From: a virus
Direction: 5' to 3' (one strand)
IMG/VR virus record: IMGVR_UViG_3300037840_000188
Location: 76,996 to 140,995 of that record
DNA length: 64,000 bases
This document shows positions 49,714 to 61,571 of the stretch, piece after piece; the stretch's first letter is position 1, and each line of letters opens with the position of its first letter. The translations under genes were made by a program, and so were the position numbers. The notes beneath the pieces are model-generated. The model did no database searches, was not told the origin of the DNA, and saw only the letters and a program-made list of their open reading frames with translations.

Positions 49714-50514
49714 GTGGCGAGTAATCTGGTGCTTAATGCCCTTGGTCTCAGCGGCGGCAAGGACTCAACGGTTCTTGCGTTCCTGTTGAAAGAGCGCGAG
49801 CCCGAACTGGACATGCAGTACATCTGCACGCCAACCGGGAATGAATTGCCTGAGATGGTTGAGCACTGGCTAAATCTTGGCGAAAAGCTGGGAAAGCCTC
49901 TCATTCGGATCACCAACCAAGAGCGCACGCTATACGACATCATCGACCTCAACGGAATGATCCCAAACTTTCGCGCCCGTTTCTGCACGCGCCAGTTGAA
50001 GATTGAGCCGACAATAGCGTGGTGCGTCCGCCACGCGCCGGTAACGCTGCACGTGGGGCTTCGTGCCGATGAAGAGACACGCGAGGGGATATATGGCGAC
50101 CTAGTAAAGAGTCGGTTCTACTTCCGCGAGATCGGCTGGGGATTGAAGCAGGTTTTGGGTTATGCGGTGATGTTGCGGGAAAAATTCGGCATCGTGATAC
50201 CAGAGCGAACGGATTGCGGGGATTGCTATCACCAGCGCATCCGTGAATGGTGGAATTATTGGCGAAAGTATCCAGATCGATTCTGGCACGCCGCTGCCAA
50301 GGAAACGGCGATGGGGCATACATTCCGTTCACCTGGTCGCGACACATGGCCCGTGTCTCTGGCTGACCTCGGAGCCGAGTTTCAGCGCCTCTGGGATCTG
50401 GGCTGTCACGATTTCAAAGCGTGTCAGGATCGCCGGGACATCGAGCGCGGACGCAAGCCACGGAAAGAACGAGAGGAAAGGCAGGGCGAACTATGTCGAG
50501 TGTGCAGTCTGTAG
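49714..50514 (+). CDS. PAPS reductase-family protein
   Basis: LSGGKDS, RFCTRQLKIEP, GLRADE, CGDC. Confidence 0.85.
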   Translation: MASNLVLNALGLSGGKDSTVLAFLLKEREPELDMQYICTPTGNELPEMVEHWLNLGEKLGKPLIRITNQERTLYDIIDLNGMIPNFRARFCTRQLKIEPTIAWCVRHAPVTLHVGLRADEETREGIYGDLVKSRFYFREIGWGLKQVLGYAVMLREKFGIVIPERTDCGDCYHQRIREWWNYWRKYPDRFWHAAAKETAMGHTFRSPGRDTWPVSLADLGAEFQRLWDLGCHDFKACQDRRDIERGRKPRKEREERQGELCRVCSL

Positions 50515-51458
50515 TTGAGATGGAACGACGAATCGCAGAATTGGAGGAGAGGATTGCAGCGGCACCGCACGCGCCGGATTGCGCAGCTTTCAATTACGAT
50601 CACGATTTTGTTCGTGTCGATGCGGATAAGGGTTGGTGCTTGAAGTGCTTCAACGGAGAAGATCATCCACAGCACATCAAGATTTGCAACTGCTGGAAAT
50701 CAACTGGTATCCCTGACTCCCAGAAAGAGATCGACCGGCTCAACATGGTCATCCGCGATTTGCAACCGCACAAGTACCCGGTTGCTGTCGCCTGCGCGGT
50801 GATCGTGCGCGCCGGGAAAGTGTTGCTGGAGCGACACGCCCCAGTGGACGAAAAAGCCTACCTGTGGGACGTACCGGGCGGCAAGGTCGAATGCGGCGAG
50901 TCTCCGTCCGAGGCCGTAATACGCGAGATCCGCGAAGAGACCGGCTGTACGGTGCGCGTGCTGCGCGCTGGCAGCATCTACTCGTCGGTATGGGGAAACG
51001 ACGGTGCTCCAACGCGGCATTGGCTGCTCGTCTCGTTTCTGTGTGAACTCACGGAAGGGGAGCCTACGACTTCGGATGACCTTCAGTGGTTCGATTTGCA
51101 AGCTCTCGACGGCGTGCCGATCAAAGATCCAGACAAGCAGATGATCCGCGAAACGGTAGGTATCCCTGACTCCGTGGCTCGGATCGCGCCCGTTAAAGTC
51201 CATATCGGAACGTCATGCCTGAGCCGCGATCTCGTGTGGTGCGAATGTGGTCGAGGGCTATCGCGCGGCGGAACATGGAAGTTCTGCCCGTCATGCGGAC
51301 GACCGATAGATCAGGATTCCTATCGCGAATCCTGCGCGGAAGCGGAAAGAAACGGTGCGGGGCATTACTCGATGGTCGATACTGATCTGGTCAATCGGAT
51401 CGCGGAATTGGAGAAAGAAGTCGCTCAACTTCGGCGCGATCTGGAGTCAATCGAATGA
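50493..51458 (+). CDS. Mosaic protein with NUDIX hydrolase domain and Zn ribbons
   Basis: Nudix box GGKVECGESPSEAVIREIREETG. Confidence 0.8.
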   Translation: MSSVQSVVEMERRIAELEERIAAAPHAPDCAAFNYDHDFVRVDADKGWCLKCFNGEDHPQHIKICNCWKSTGIPDSQKEIDRLNMVIRDLQPHKYPVAVACAVIVRAGKVLLERHAPVDEKAYLWDVPGGKVECGESPSEAVIREIREETGCTVRVLRAGSIYSSVWGNDGAPTRHWLLVSFLCELTEGEPTTSDDLQWFDLQALDGVPIKDPDKQMIRETVGIPDSVARIAPVKVHIGTSCLSRDLVWCECGRGLSRGGTWKFCPSCGRPIDQDSYRESCAEAERNGAGHYSMVDTDLVNRIAELEKEVAQLRRDLESIE

Positions 51459-52476
51459 TCCCGGCAACCTATCGCATTCAGGCAGAAAGAGCCTATGTGG
51501 ACGCCGATGGCAAACTGGCCTATCGACCTGTATCCCTGCGCGTTGGAATGCACGTGAGCGGTTCCATCGCATTCGTGGACGAGATCAAAACCAGCGAGGC
51601 TATCGACGACGCCATGAAGACCACTCCACCACCCGGTCAAGGAGAAACGAAATGACAACACAACATTTTAACTCCCCGAACGTGACTATCGAAACAGCTA
51701 ATGGAATCAACTTCTACTCGCAGGCACGGCATCAGCAGATGCGATACCTGTACCCGGATTGCGGACATCACTGGGCCGGCTGGATTCTATACAAGCACCC
51801 AGACGGTCAGTGGGTATCGCTCCGCAAGGCTACCGACGCCGACATTGCGGAGCTGAGCGCCGCCGTCAGCAAAGCGCATCACGAGGGACCACCAGAAGAG
51901 GACCAGAAACCCGGCCCAGAAGAGGAGAAACGTCCGTGAGAGAGGTGAGTGCAGTCAACCACAGGATTCGCATTCAGTGTCCTAAGTGCGAAGCCCCAGT
52001 CTGGGTTCGGAATAACGGACTGATTTTTAAGCACCGTGTTCCCCGCCCTACAACCTGGTCGCGCGGTAAAGGCTCGGAATGTTCGTTCTCGGGTCGGCTG
52101 CACTCATCTGTTTCACCGGGCCAGGCCCCCGGCCCACTCCAGAGGAAGGAACCAAATGAACGAACTGATTGTGTTTTGGTTTTCAGGAATCGCTTGGGCT
52201 ACTGTGGGAATCAGATCAGGCCGAGCGCAGTGGCGGCGTGAATTCGGCTCTGAAGATCGGCACCCGGACTGGTTTGCTGCGATTCGACGCCCGGCGCGCC
52301 GCCACAGATAACGCGGTCGGGAGGCACGGTGATCAGAACGTCAAGTTCGGCAACAGTCGGGTTGAGACTTCGAGATCCGACGATAAGGAGGTAGTCAGCC
52401 GAGATAGATGCCATGAAAAAGATTTTACCATTCTGCTTGCAATATCGCAACAACGTTGTTATATTGAAATTCGGGA

Positions 52477-52695
52477 ATGACAAACGCCATTCGATCCTCT
52501 GCCAGGCGAGCTATCGGACATCCAGAGAGATTTCCTCTTGTGAGGCGTGCTCTTTTGTCGCTGCCGCGAACGGTAAAGCAAACCGATATGGCGCAGGCGC
52601 TCGGGGTAGACGATCCCCTGATGTCACGATTACTGAGTGGTCGGCGTGATTTCAATGATGAGCTGCTGAAGAAGATTGCGGAGTGGGGGTTATGA
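52477..52695 (+). CDS. XRE-like HTH protein
   Basis: KQTDMAQALGVDDPLMSRLLSGRR. Confidence 0.6.
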   Translation: MTNAIRSSARRAIGHPERFPLVRRALLSLPRTVKQTDMAQALGVDDPLMSRLLSGRRDFNDELLKKIAEWGL

Positions 52696-53156
52696 GCGAT
52701 CTTCGTGGATTTACTATCTCCGGGGTGGTTCTCGTGGTCACTCTCGCACTGGCCTATCGCAGCGGATGGAGGCCGTGGGAATGAGCGTCCCAATGGACAA
52801 GGAAAGATGCATCAAGGAGGTCCATAATGGCGGTCGTAGTGTGTTTTTTCATCGTTGCCTTAATCGCAGGGTGGTAGGTGAGTTCTGCTTGGTACATAGC
52901 CCGACCGGGCAAATGGCACGGCGTGCTGCTCGACCGCAATGCGCACACGTTGACGAAGAATCTGGCGAACGCGATTGCTCAACCATTGTAAACGGCACGA
53001 AATACTGCAAATGGCACGCTGAATCCGTCGTGCGTCATCGCGTTTATGCTCGGGCGCAGGCGCAGGCAAATGTTCTGGAGTGGCTAAGGGGCATCAAGCC
53101 GGGAAAGTTGATCTCCCCACAGGCGGTGATCGAGCGGTTGAAAGTGGAGCTGAAGA

Positions 53157-53660
53157 ATGTCTGACCTCCCCACCCGCGCCGAATCCATAGCTACTCAAGC
53201 CCACGCCAATCAAAAGTACGGCACAGGGCCGTACACCGACCACCTCGAAGCGGTCGTGAATGTACTGAAGGAATTCGGCCATCACAGTGAGGAGTTGCTG
53301 GGGGCGGCATGGCTGCATGACGTTCTCGAAGACACCGATTGTACGCCGTGGATGATCCTCAGTGGGGGCATTCCGCTGTACGTTCTTGCCCTCGTCGACG
53401 CCGTCACCGACCGGCCTGGCAAGAACCGCGCCGAGCGCCACGCACTAACTTACCCGCGCATCGCTCGCATCCCCGATGCGGTTACCCTAAAGCTGGCGGA
53501 TCGGCTGGCGAATGTCAGAGCGTCTGCCGAGTGCAGGCCGGATCTGCTGAAGATGTATGCACGCGAGCAACCGGAATTTATTGCCGCGATGCCGTTTCGA
53601 GAGTGTGATCGGGGAATGAGGGATGAGCTGGAAGAGATTTTAAGTGGAGTAACGGCGTGA
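53157..53660 (+). CDS. HD-domain protein, small alarmone hydrolase (SpoT/Mesh1-like)
   Basis: AHANQ..PYTDHL..AAWLHDVLEDT..KLADRLAN. Confidence 0.85.
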   Translation: MSDLPTRAESIATQAHANQKYGTGPYTDHLEAVVNVLKEFGHHSEELLGAAWLHDVLEDTDCTPWMILSGGIPLYVLALVDAVTDRPGKNRAERHALTYPRIARIPDAVTLKLADRLANVRASAECRPDLLKMYAREQPEFIAAMPFRECDRGMRDELEEILSGVTA

Positions 53661-54186
53661 CAGTTTGGAAAGTTGCACTCAAGTTAACTGACGAGCAGTT
53701 CATTACCGTACCGCTCGTAAACCGACCGCTATGCGTCCAGATGCAGGGCGGTGTTCCTTGTCTGTGGTCGGTGGTCGATCCAGAATCTGGCCGCGTTCAG
53801 GTGTGCGTGCGGATTTTCGGCACTGGCCACGAAGGCGTTACTGGCGACATGGACTATGTCGGTACTTTCCAGATCGACGGTGGATCGCTCGTGTTTCATG
53901 TATTTCTAGCGGGAGTGGTTTCGTAAATGTATAACTACCAGACCCAAAAACCCCACATCCTGACCGACGAAGGCCAACGGATGTTTCTCAAGATCCGCGA
54001 TCACGTAAGCGCTCTGCTATCTAAATCTGGCGCTGTCACGATGGGTAAGGCCATCGATGGTACTGGCGGTGGCGACTCATGGGACATGCTCGCGTGCGTC
54101 GACCGGCTTGTCGAGCTTGGCGAGATTCGAGAAATACCCCAAGGTGACGTTCCGGGGCAATGCCGGATATTTGTGGGGACGCGGGC

Positions 54187-55353
54187 ATGATGTCCCCCTC
54201 CGAGCGCGAGGCCTGGCTCGAACTCCGCAAAACCGGCATTGGGGGCTCCGAGGTTGCCGCGCTCCTCTCTGATGAGATCGAGACGAAGTACGCCTGCAAG
54301 CGCCGCTTATGGCTCGAAAAGTCAGGCGTCGTAGCCGACGAAGAATTTAACGATACGGCTCCGGTGCGCTTGGGCCGATTGTTCGAAGGACCAATCTGCG
54401 ATCTCTATTCACATATCACAGGTCGTCGCGTCGAGGAGATTCCGCGACAGGTGCACCCGGACCATCCCGAGCTTGGCGTAAGCGTGGATCGAATCGCACA
54501 TGACCCGGAAAAAGGACCGATAGTCGTAGAGGCTAAGGCTATGCTCACGCGTTCTTTTTTCAGCACTAAGCGTGATGGAATAATTCCTGACTACCTGGCC
54601 CAGGTAATGCATGGAATTTTAGTTGCGTCAGCGGCGCTTGACATCGATATCCAGTATGGCTCCTTCGTCGTCGGTCGCTCAGACGATCCGAAGCTTGTGG
54701 CATTCGCGGTCGAGTGGCACTTGAAGATGAACCCGCAGTACGAGCTTAATCCTGGCTATCTGATTCATTTCGACGTGCCGCGCAATCAGGAAATTTGCGA
54801 CGCGATATTACGAAAGGGCAACCCGTTCTGGAAGACGTTGGGGCAGCAAAATTTAGCCCCGGATCGTCTCGAAATCGATTCACCAAAGTGCCAGCGGTGT
54901 CGGTGGGCAATAGGCTGCCAAGGCGCGGCGCTGGCTCCCGCCGACACTTCAGACCCAATCCCCGTAGTTGACGACCTCATGCCACTGGCAGCAGAGTATC
55001 TCGACCGCCGCGTCGAATTTGACCGCGCTGAGGAACTATTAGCCGAGACCAAGGAAATCATTTCTCTCATGCTGGGTGAACGCCAGGCGGCGTACGTGCA
55101 CATCGGCGAGAAACTGAGACCCATCTATTTCAGGCAGCAGGAAGGGAAGCCGCTCTACGCTGATGCTGTGAAAAATATGGGTGCTCAGTATACGGCCTTG
55201 AGGGATAAGCTCATCAAGATGGAAGAGGCGGGAAATCCTGCGGCTACGGGCGCTAGTCTGATTCCGCCTGCGTCGTCGTTTATCCGCAAAGGGAAACCGT
55301 CCCGACCTTTAATGCTTCAGTATCTGTCGCCGAAAGTGAAAGAAGAGGAGTAG
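54187..55353 (+). CDS. YqaJ-like (lambda-type) exonuclease
   Basis: WLELRKTGIGGSEVAA, LWLEK, SVDR, VEAK, YLAQV. Confidence 0.88.
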   Translation: MMSPSEREAWLELRKTGIGGSEVAALLSDEIETKYACKRRLWLEKSGVVADEEFNDTAPVRLGRLFEGPICDLYSHITGRRVEEIPRQVHPDHPELGVSVDRIAHDPEKGPIVVEAKAMLTRSFFSTKRDGIIPDYLAQVMHGILVASAALDIDIQYGSFVVGRSDDPKLVAFAVEWHLKMNPQYELNPGYLIHFDVPRNQEICDAILRKGNPFWKTLGQQNLAPDRLEIDSPKCQRCRWAIGCQGAALAPADTSDPIPVVDDLMPLAAEYLDRRVEFDRAEELLAETKEIISLMLGERQAAYVHIGEKLRPIYFRQQEGKPLYADAVKNMGAQYTALRDKLIKMEEAGNPAATGASLIPPASSFIRKGKPSRPLMLQYLSPKVKEEE

Positions 55354-55356
55354 CAC

Positions 55357-56367
55357 GTGCCAAGAATCGCGTATCAGAAGTTCAGGCCATCTGCGGGCTC
55401 TCTCGCTATCATCGATCAGGCGAATCGCATCCTCGCGGAGTATCAGCAGCGCGGGATCGTGGTCACGCTTCGCCAGCTCTACTACCAGTTCGTCAGTCGA
55501 GACATCATTCCCAATAAACAGAGCGAATACAAGCGCTTGGGATCGATCATCAATGACGCTCGACTCGGAGGCATGATCGACTGGGATTTTCTTCAGGATC
55601 GCACCCGCAACCTGAATACTCAGTCGCACTGGAGCGATCCATCGGGTGTAATTTCCAGCGCGGCTCAATCCTACCACCGCGACCTGTGGGAGGGCCAGAA
55701 AAACTATGTGGAGGTCTGGGTAGAGAAAGACGCCCTCCTGAGCGTTATTGAAAGTGTCTGCATCCGTTGGGACGTGCCATTCTTCGCGTGCCGTGGATAC
55801 ACCAGCCAATCCGAAATGTGGGGAGCTGGCCAGCGTATCGTATCCAAGGTGATGGACGAGAAGCGTCATTGTAAAATCATCCATCTTGGCGATCACGATC
55901 CTTCTGGTGTCGATATGACCCGTGATATTCATGAGAGACTTGAAGGTTTTTTGGCACATCACGTTTGGGTTGACGTAGTCCATCGACACGTAAAAGCTGG
56001 CGGCTCGCGAACCGACGAAGAAAAAATAGTCGCGGTGGGATTACCTATTATCAGCGAGGGTATCACCGTCAATCGAATTGCTCTGAATATGGACCAGATC
56101 GAAGAGTACGAGCCACCACCAAATCCGGCAAAATTGACTGATTCGCGCTCGACGGCCTACATTAGTCAGCATGGTGATGAATCATGGGAACTAGATGCGC
56201 TCGATCCTGATGTGCTGACAGACTTAATCGAGAATTCCATCCGCGAGTACGTTGACGAAGATTTGTGGAATTCGGTGCGCGACCGCCAGGAAAAAGAACG
56301 CGAGATCCTGACCGCAACCAGTCATCACTGGGATAAAGTCAGAAAGTATGTGGAGAAATTGAAATGA
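55357..56367 (+). CDS. Topoisomerase VI A-like / Toprim protein
   Basis: TLRQLYYQ, EVWVEKDAL, HLGDHDPSG, WELDAL. Confidence 0.75.
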   Translation: MPRIAYQKFRPSAGSLAIIDQANRILAEYQQRGIVVTLRQLYYQFVSRDIIPNKQSEYKRLGSIINDARLGGMIDWDFLQDRTRNLNTQSHWSDPSGVISSAAQSYHRDLWEGQKNYVEVWVEKDALLSVIESVCIRWDVPFFACRGYTSQSEMWGAGQRIVSKVMDEKRHCKIIHLGDHDPSGVDMTRDIHERLEGFLAHHVWVDVVHRHVKAGGSRTDEEKIVAVGLPIISEGITVNRIALNMDQIEEYEPPPNPAKLTDSRSTAYISQHGDESWELDALDPDVLTDLIENSIREYVDEDLWNSVRDRQEKEREILTATSHHWDKVRKYVEKLK

Positions 56368-58080
56368 CCGAACGAGAAACCAAGCAACTCTACAAGCTCC
56401 TCGAAAAGATGATTGCAGCGAAGACGCGAGAGGGCAAGCAGGCATACGCGGCAACCGAGACTGGCATTATCAACTGCGTGCGCAAATGGGTGAAGTGGTA
56501 TGCCAGTGACGAACTGAACGTGGACCTCGGAGCCTGAGTATGCCACACTTGGAACTCCGCCACGAACACTACGTTCTGATTCGAAACTTCATGGAAGACT
56601 TTATCCCGGAGTCGCCGAAGGATGCACTGACTCCAGCCGAGACCGAGACTCTCGATCTGGTACGGCAGATTATCTTCAATATCGAGAAGCGTCGCGCATC
56701 GCCGCCAGTGAAGCATCATTACCGAAGGCAGAGGGTAAGGACATGACGCTTGGAGATTTTTTCAGCGGTAACTGGACCTGGATGCAGCTGATCGGAGAGC
56801 TGTGGCCAATTGTTCTTCCGGCGGCAATTATGTATTGGGCTGGATATGCGAAGGGCTGGAATGACGGCGCAAGAGACGCAGAGCGGATGCTCGGGCGAAT
56901 TTTAAAGTGATCGACATTTCCGAGTATCTCGACACCCGCGACGCCATGCCCACGTGCTCCTCATGCGGAGCCGCCTATAGCGGCAATATTACCTGTCGTG
57001 AATGCAGGCAGATCAACCGCGAGACCTGTCAAAAACACGGATGGTCAACGGATTTTTTGGATCGCATGGATGAGATTGATCCTCCGACAGGGAAGCCGGT
57101 TGGGGTTGAAGAGGTGATGGCGTTTATGCGGAGGCTGGGTGATGACCAAGGAAGAAGCAATTCTCACGACACAAGAAGGATGGAGCTTTGTTATGCGGCA
57201 GGGGGCGATGCTGGCGCTTATGCCGATAGAGGATTGGATAGAGGCCTTTGAGCACGCGGATTCAATTGCGCCTATTCTTGACCCGACGCTCTACCGCGAA
57301 GGCATCTACAGCGGAAAGCCCAAACTGATTCGTGAAGTATTGGAGGCCGCATTGGCATTCAAGCGAGCCATCCTCAGAGCGCAGGAGCAGGTAAAGAACG
57401 ATCCGAGGCTACAGAGATGAGCGATTCCGATAAAAACTTTCCCATGGGAACACGTGAGCACCAGTGCTCCTCCGCCATCGACTGGCGAACCATGTCTGAT
57501 GATGAGATCGACCGGGCACTGGAGGAGAGGGAGCGGCGAGAGCGAGCGAGGTGGGAGCAGCCGAGTCCTGCGCCGTGGACCGCTAAAGTATTGATGGTAG
57601 TCGATGCCAATGGTGTAGAGATTTGCAACTGCGGCGGCATGAAGGCGTGTTATGACGGAAACACCCCGAGGCCAGAGCGTGGTATTGCAAACGCCAGGCA
57701 CTGCGCGGTCGGTCCGGATGGTGTGGCGCTGGCGAGGTTAATTGTGGAGAAATGTGAAGGTCGGCGTGGCATACCCCTGGCGATCTTCTTTTTGAGGCCA
57801 AGAATTTATTGAAGAAGGCTGGGATTGAGTGAGGCGCGTTAAAGAGGCAGTTCCACTGGCCGAGTGTAAGCGCCGCGCTTTGGAATACCTGAAAACGCAT
57901 CGTCGGGAATATTCCAAGGCATCGTGTGTGGCTGGTGCAATCTGGCCAGATGCAGAATTCCACGCACAGGGAGCTGGAGCGGCGGCGAGTCGCATCCTGA
58001 AACATCTGGAGCGGGACGGATTGGTCTGCTGGAGCAGTAATGACCACGATTGGGGATGGACGGTCGGGGAGCCTTAAGAA

Positions 58081-59232
58081 GTGAAATTCATCATCGAGCA
58101 CGACCTTCAGGGCAAATCGAGACCCGGCATGCCGGTCACGGTCGAAGTCGCCGCCGAACCGCGCCGCACGTACGATGGTGAATGTAAGTGCGAGACGGTC
58201 TACCGCATTGCAGAAGAGTCGATGGCGGAACTTGTCGAGCTTGGTCTTGTGCTTGAAGGGCAGAGAAGCGATGAGGTGGTGATTTGCTCCTGTTTGGGAC
58301 GCGCCATCAGTGAACGACTTGCGCCAGCGGAAGCCATACAGGCTATTTGGGATGCCTTCTGTGTATGCAACTCCAACGGCGGATTAAGCGGAACAGCAAA
58401 ACGGCATTTGGAGCCCGCTATCTACGCAGCGATGAAGGCAATCCGGCACGAACCGTTTGTGCCGACCTTGGAACGCGGCCTATGCTGCCTCGACACGGAG
58501 ACTACTGGCGTCGATCCGGTCCTCGACCGCTTGGTCTCCATCGGCGTAGTCGTTCTCAATCCAGACGGTACTCGCCGCCGATGGGAGACGCTCCTGAATC
58601 CTGAGATGCCAATTCCTCCCGCCGTAACAGAAATCCACGGCATCACTGATGAGATGGTGGCCTCGGCTCCGAAATTCCATGACATCGCTCATAAATTCAT
58701 GAACGGTCTTACCGGAAAAGACTTGCTCTTATATAACGGTTGGCGATTAGACTTGCCAATTATCGACGAGTCCCTCCGACGCGTCGGCCTGAGCCTGAAT
58801 CTCGCTGGCGTCCGCGTCATTGACGCGGCGGGATTGTTCTTTAAAGAAAACCCACGGGACCTGTCGGCTTTTGTAAAGCGCTACGCTCGCCGCGATCACG
58901 AGGGAGCCCATGGGGCCGCTGCCGACGCCGAGGGTACTCTTGATGGCTATCTCAACATGCTGGCCGAGCACGATGATCTTCGCGCGATGACACTGGAGCA
59001 GCAAGCCGCGCACTCGATGTACGGAGATGATTCAGAGCGCCTCCCATGTGACCTGGCTGGCAAGCTTTACCTCAAGGGCGGAGAGGTTTATTTCGGTTTT
59101 GGAAAGGCCAAGGATAAACGCGTGAGGGATGACGCAGGTTACGCGTACTGGATGTTGAAGTGTACAGACCCGCCGTTCCCCGGAAGCACGCGAGATTGCC
59201 TGAGGGCGGAGTTGGAGAGGGTGGGGTTGTGA
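58081..59232 (+). CDS. DEDDh 3'-5' exonuclease (DnaQ-like) with N-terminal extension
   Basis: LDTETTG, IHGITD, YNGWRLDL, AHGAAADA. Confidence 0.85.
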   Translation: MKFIIEHDLQGKSRPGMPVTVEVAAEPRRTYDGECKCETVYRIAEESMAELVELGLVLEGQRSDEVVICSCLGRAISERLAPAEAIQAIWDAFCVCNSNGGLSGTAKRHLEPAIYAAMKAIRHEPFVPTLERGLCCLDTETTGVDPVLDRLVSIGVVVLNPDGTRRRWETLLNPEMPIPPAVTEIHGITDEMVASAPKFHDIAHKFMNGLTGKDLLLYNGWRLDLPIIDESLRRVGLSLNLAGVRVIDAAGLFFKENPRDLSAFVKRYARRDHEGAHGAAADAEGTLDGYLNMLAEHDDLRAMTLEQQAAHSMYGDDSERLPCDLAGKLYLKGGEVYFGFGKAKDKRVRDDAGYAYWMLKCTDPPFPGSTRDCLRAELERVGL

Positions 59233-59703
59233 GCGCGAAGTGGGACCGCTGTCCGAAATGTAAGCAGCCATTCGAAGACTGTCCGCACTCAATAGCTGAA
59301 GTAGAGCAATGGCTGAAGGATCGCGAGCTTGAGTCAAAGATTCGCAAGATCGTTCGCCAGGAAATAGCAAGAAAGTGACCATCCTTAACATCGACTTCGC
59401 TTTCGAGCCACCGCAACCGAGCGACAAGATTCATGACTGCTCAGCGCGCGAGGTCCTCAACCGCCTCCATGAACACGGCGAGCGCCTGTTATTCGCCGCG
59501 AAGTATCCCATTGAGATCGGCGAAGAAATAATCTTCAAGGGACTCGGGAAAGGGGCTGTTATCCGCTTGGTAGACCGCGAGGAGTTTCTTGCTTGGGAGG
59601 GGCGAGTGTTTCCCGGCAGGACCAGCGCGGTGATGGCAGAAGATCTGTATTTCTTTGAAGTGCACTGCGACTGAGCGGTAACAAAATAAATCTCACAAAA
59701 CGC

Positions 59704-59733
59704 TTGACGCAGATGAGACAGTTGACACATAAT
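59704..59733 (+). promoter_or_regulatory. sigma70-type promoter
   Basis: TTGACG-18-CATAAT. Confidence 0.55.
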
Positions 59734-59739
59734 CAGGCA

Positions 59740-59883
59740 TTGGAAAAAACAGTCCAGATCAGAGTCTACAAAGAGACTCGTCGGCAGGTGAACGTTGGCG
59801 CTGCTGCATCCGACATCCCTAAGGCCGAGTTCGTCAGGCGTGCTATCCAGACTGCGTATAACAACCTTAAGAAGGTGAAGTAA
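59740..59883 (+). CDS. Small ribbon-helix-helix-like protein
   Basis: TTG start; KTVQIRVYKETRRQVNVGAAASDIPKAEFVRRAI. Confidence 0.5.
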   Translation: MEKTVQIRVYKETRRQVNVGAAASDIPKAEFVRRAIQTAYNNLKKVK

Positions 59884-60713
59884 TGGCCGTAGACTTCAAA
59901 GTAGAAAATAAGCGTTCCTCGACCTATCTCATCGCTCCGGAGTTGATTGCCATCAACCCTGACATGAATGGTCGCCACGACCTTCCGGATATCGAATGGC
60001 TGATTGAATCGTTCATTAAAAATGGTCAACGGACGCCGGTTCAGATCACGAACGACGGCGGGACTCCGACGCTGGTCGCCGGACATTGCCGCTGGAGATC
60101 GGCGATTGAGATAAATAAGCGCAAGCTCACTCCTGAGCCTTTCAAGCTGAACTGCTCGTACTATAAGTCTACCAGTGAACTGGATTCGTATCTCGCCACC
60201 ATCTCGGAGAATTATGATCGCACTGCTCCGAAGCCGATTGACGAGGCGCATCAGATTGCGCTCCTGGAACGGTACGGGATGTCCATCGAGGACATGGCGA
60301 AGAAGGTCTACCGGCAAGATGTTCAATGGATCAAGGACCGCCAGGCGCTGATTGGTCTTTGCGATGAGGCACAAAAAGCCGTGTCGTCTGGGGAGATCAA
60401 AAAAATCAGCGCGGCTAAGGCGCTGGCTAAGCTCTCCAAAACGGCCCAACGTGAAGCCCTCAAACAGGCAAAAGAGTCTGGAACCAAGCTGACCGCAGCG
60501 AGCCTGAAGACTGGAGCGGTATCCAAATCTGACCGCACCAAGAAACTCTCCCTCTCCGACTGGACCGAATTCTGGTCCCCTTACTCCGATGGCGCGGAAT
60601 GCTCCATGAAGCGGCTGGCATCGGCATGGCTGGAGAGTACTACCGAGGGCGATCCAGACTCATTCTTTAAGGCTTTAACCGGCGAGCTTAAGCGCGCATC
60701 GAAGGCCGCGTAA
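59883..60713 (+). CDS. ParB-like protein
   Basis: NGQRTPV, LVAGHCRWRSA, ISENYDR. Confidence 0.75.
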   Translation: MAVDFKVENKRSSTYLIAPELIAINPDMNGRHDLPDIEWLIESFIKNGQRTPVQITNDGGTPTLVAGHCRWRSAIEINKRKLTPEPFKLNCSYYKSTSELDSYLATISENYDRTAPKPIDEAHQIALLERYGMSIEDMAKKVYRQDVQWIKDRQALIGLCDEAQKAVSSGEIKKISAAKALAKLSKTAQREALKQAKESGTKLTAASLKTGAVSKSDRTKKLSLSDWTEFWSPYSDGAECSMKRLASAWLESTTEGDPDSFFKALTGELKRASKAA

Positions 60714-61070
60714 AGTAAGCCCAGAAGGCATCCACCGAGACATAGAAAAAAGGTACCCAACAAAGAAATGAAACCACACGACACTTTATCCAGCGGATCG
60801 CTGAGCGGAGACGCCTCCCTGTCCGCGCTGAGCAACTTCCCTCCGCTTCCACCTGTCGAACCACATAATAAGGCACTCGACACCGCCTCCTTGCTCGCCC
60901 AACAGGCCGCGCATGAGAAGGCGAAGGCCGATCACATCACGGCCCTGCTGCAAGAGCGGGACGATCTCGAAAAAAGTACCGAGGAGCGGCTGGAAGCCAT
61001 AGCGTGTGATTTGAAGATGCTCGGGTACTCCAAGCCTCGGGCTCCGCGTACGAAAAAGGAGAAGGTATAA

Positions 61071-61562
61071 ATGGCAGTCAAAGCCGAAGAGCGTTATGAG
61101 GCGACCGTCAGGTCGGCTATTTTCACGACCAGCAACGAGAAGGGAACGCTTGGTCTGTCGATCACGTTCGACACCAGCGACGGAGACATAACTCACACGT
61201 TCTATGTGACTGAGAATACCGCCGAGCGTCTTGCGGAGAATCTCGACAAGTGTTTTAGTGTTACCAAAGCACAATTGGATGATGACGCGTTCCTGGAGGG
61301 CGGCATCAATGCCTTCCTCAAGGGAAAGCCGTGCTCGATCACGACCGAGTGGAAGAAAGACGCGAACGGAAACCAGTACAAGGATGCCAAGGGCAACACC
61401 TACGCTGACGTGCAGTGGATGAATCCATCGCGGTCAGGCAAGAAGGCCGAGGGGGCGTCGATAAAGAAGCTTAAATCCATCTTTGGCGGTAAAACCACTT
61501 CTGATGATCAGGGTCCGCCGCCGGTAGATTGGGGTGGGACCGACGAGCAAGCGCCGTTCTAA
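61071..61562 (+). CDS. Putative ssDNA-binding protein
   Basis: Beta-rich, ends with an acidic tail DEQAPF. Confidence 0.6.
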   Translation: MAVKAEERYEATVRSAIFTTSNEKGTLGLSITFDTSDGDITHTFYVTENTAERLAENLDKCFSVTKAQLDDDAFLEGGINAFLKGKPCSITTEWKKDANGNQYKDAKGNTYADVQWMNPSRSGKKAEGASIKKLKSIFGGKTTSDDQGPPPVDWGGTDEQAPF

Positions 61563-61571
61563 TTTTTTTGC

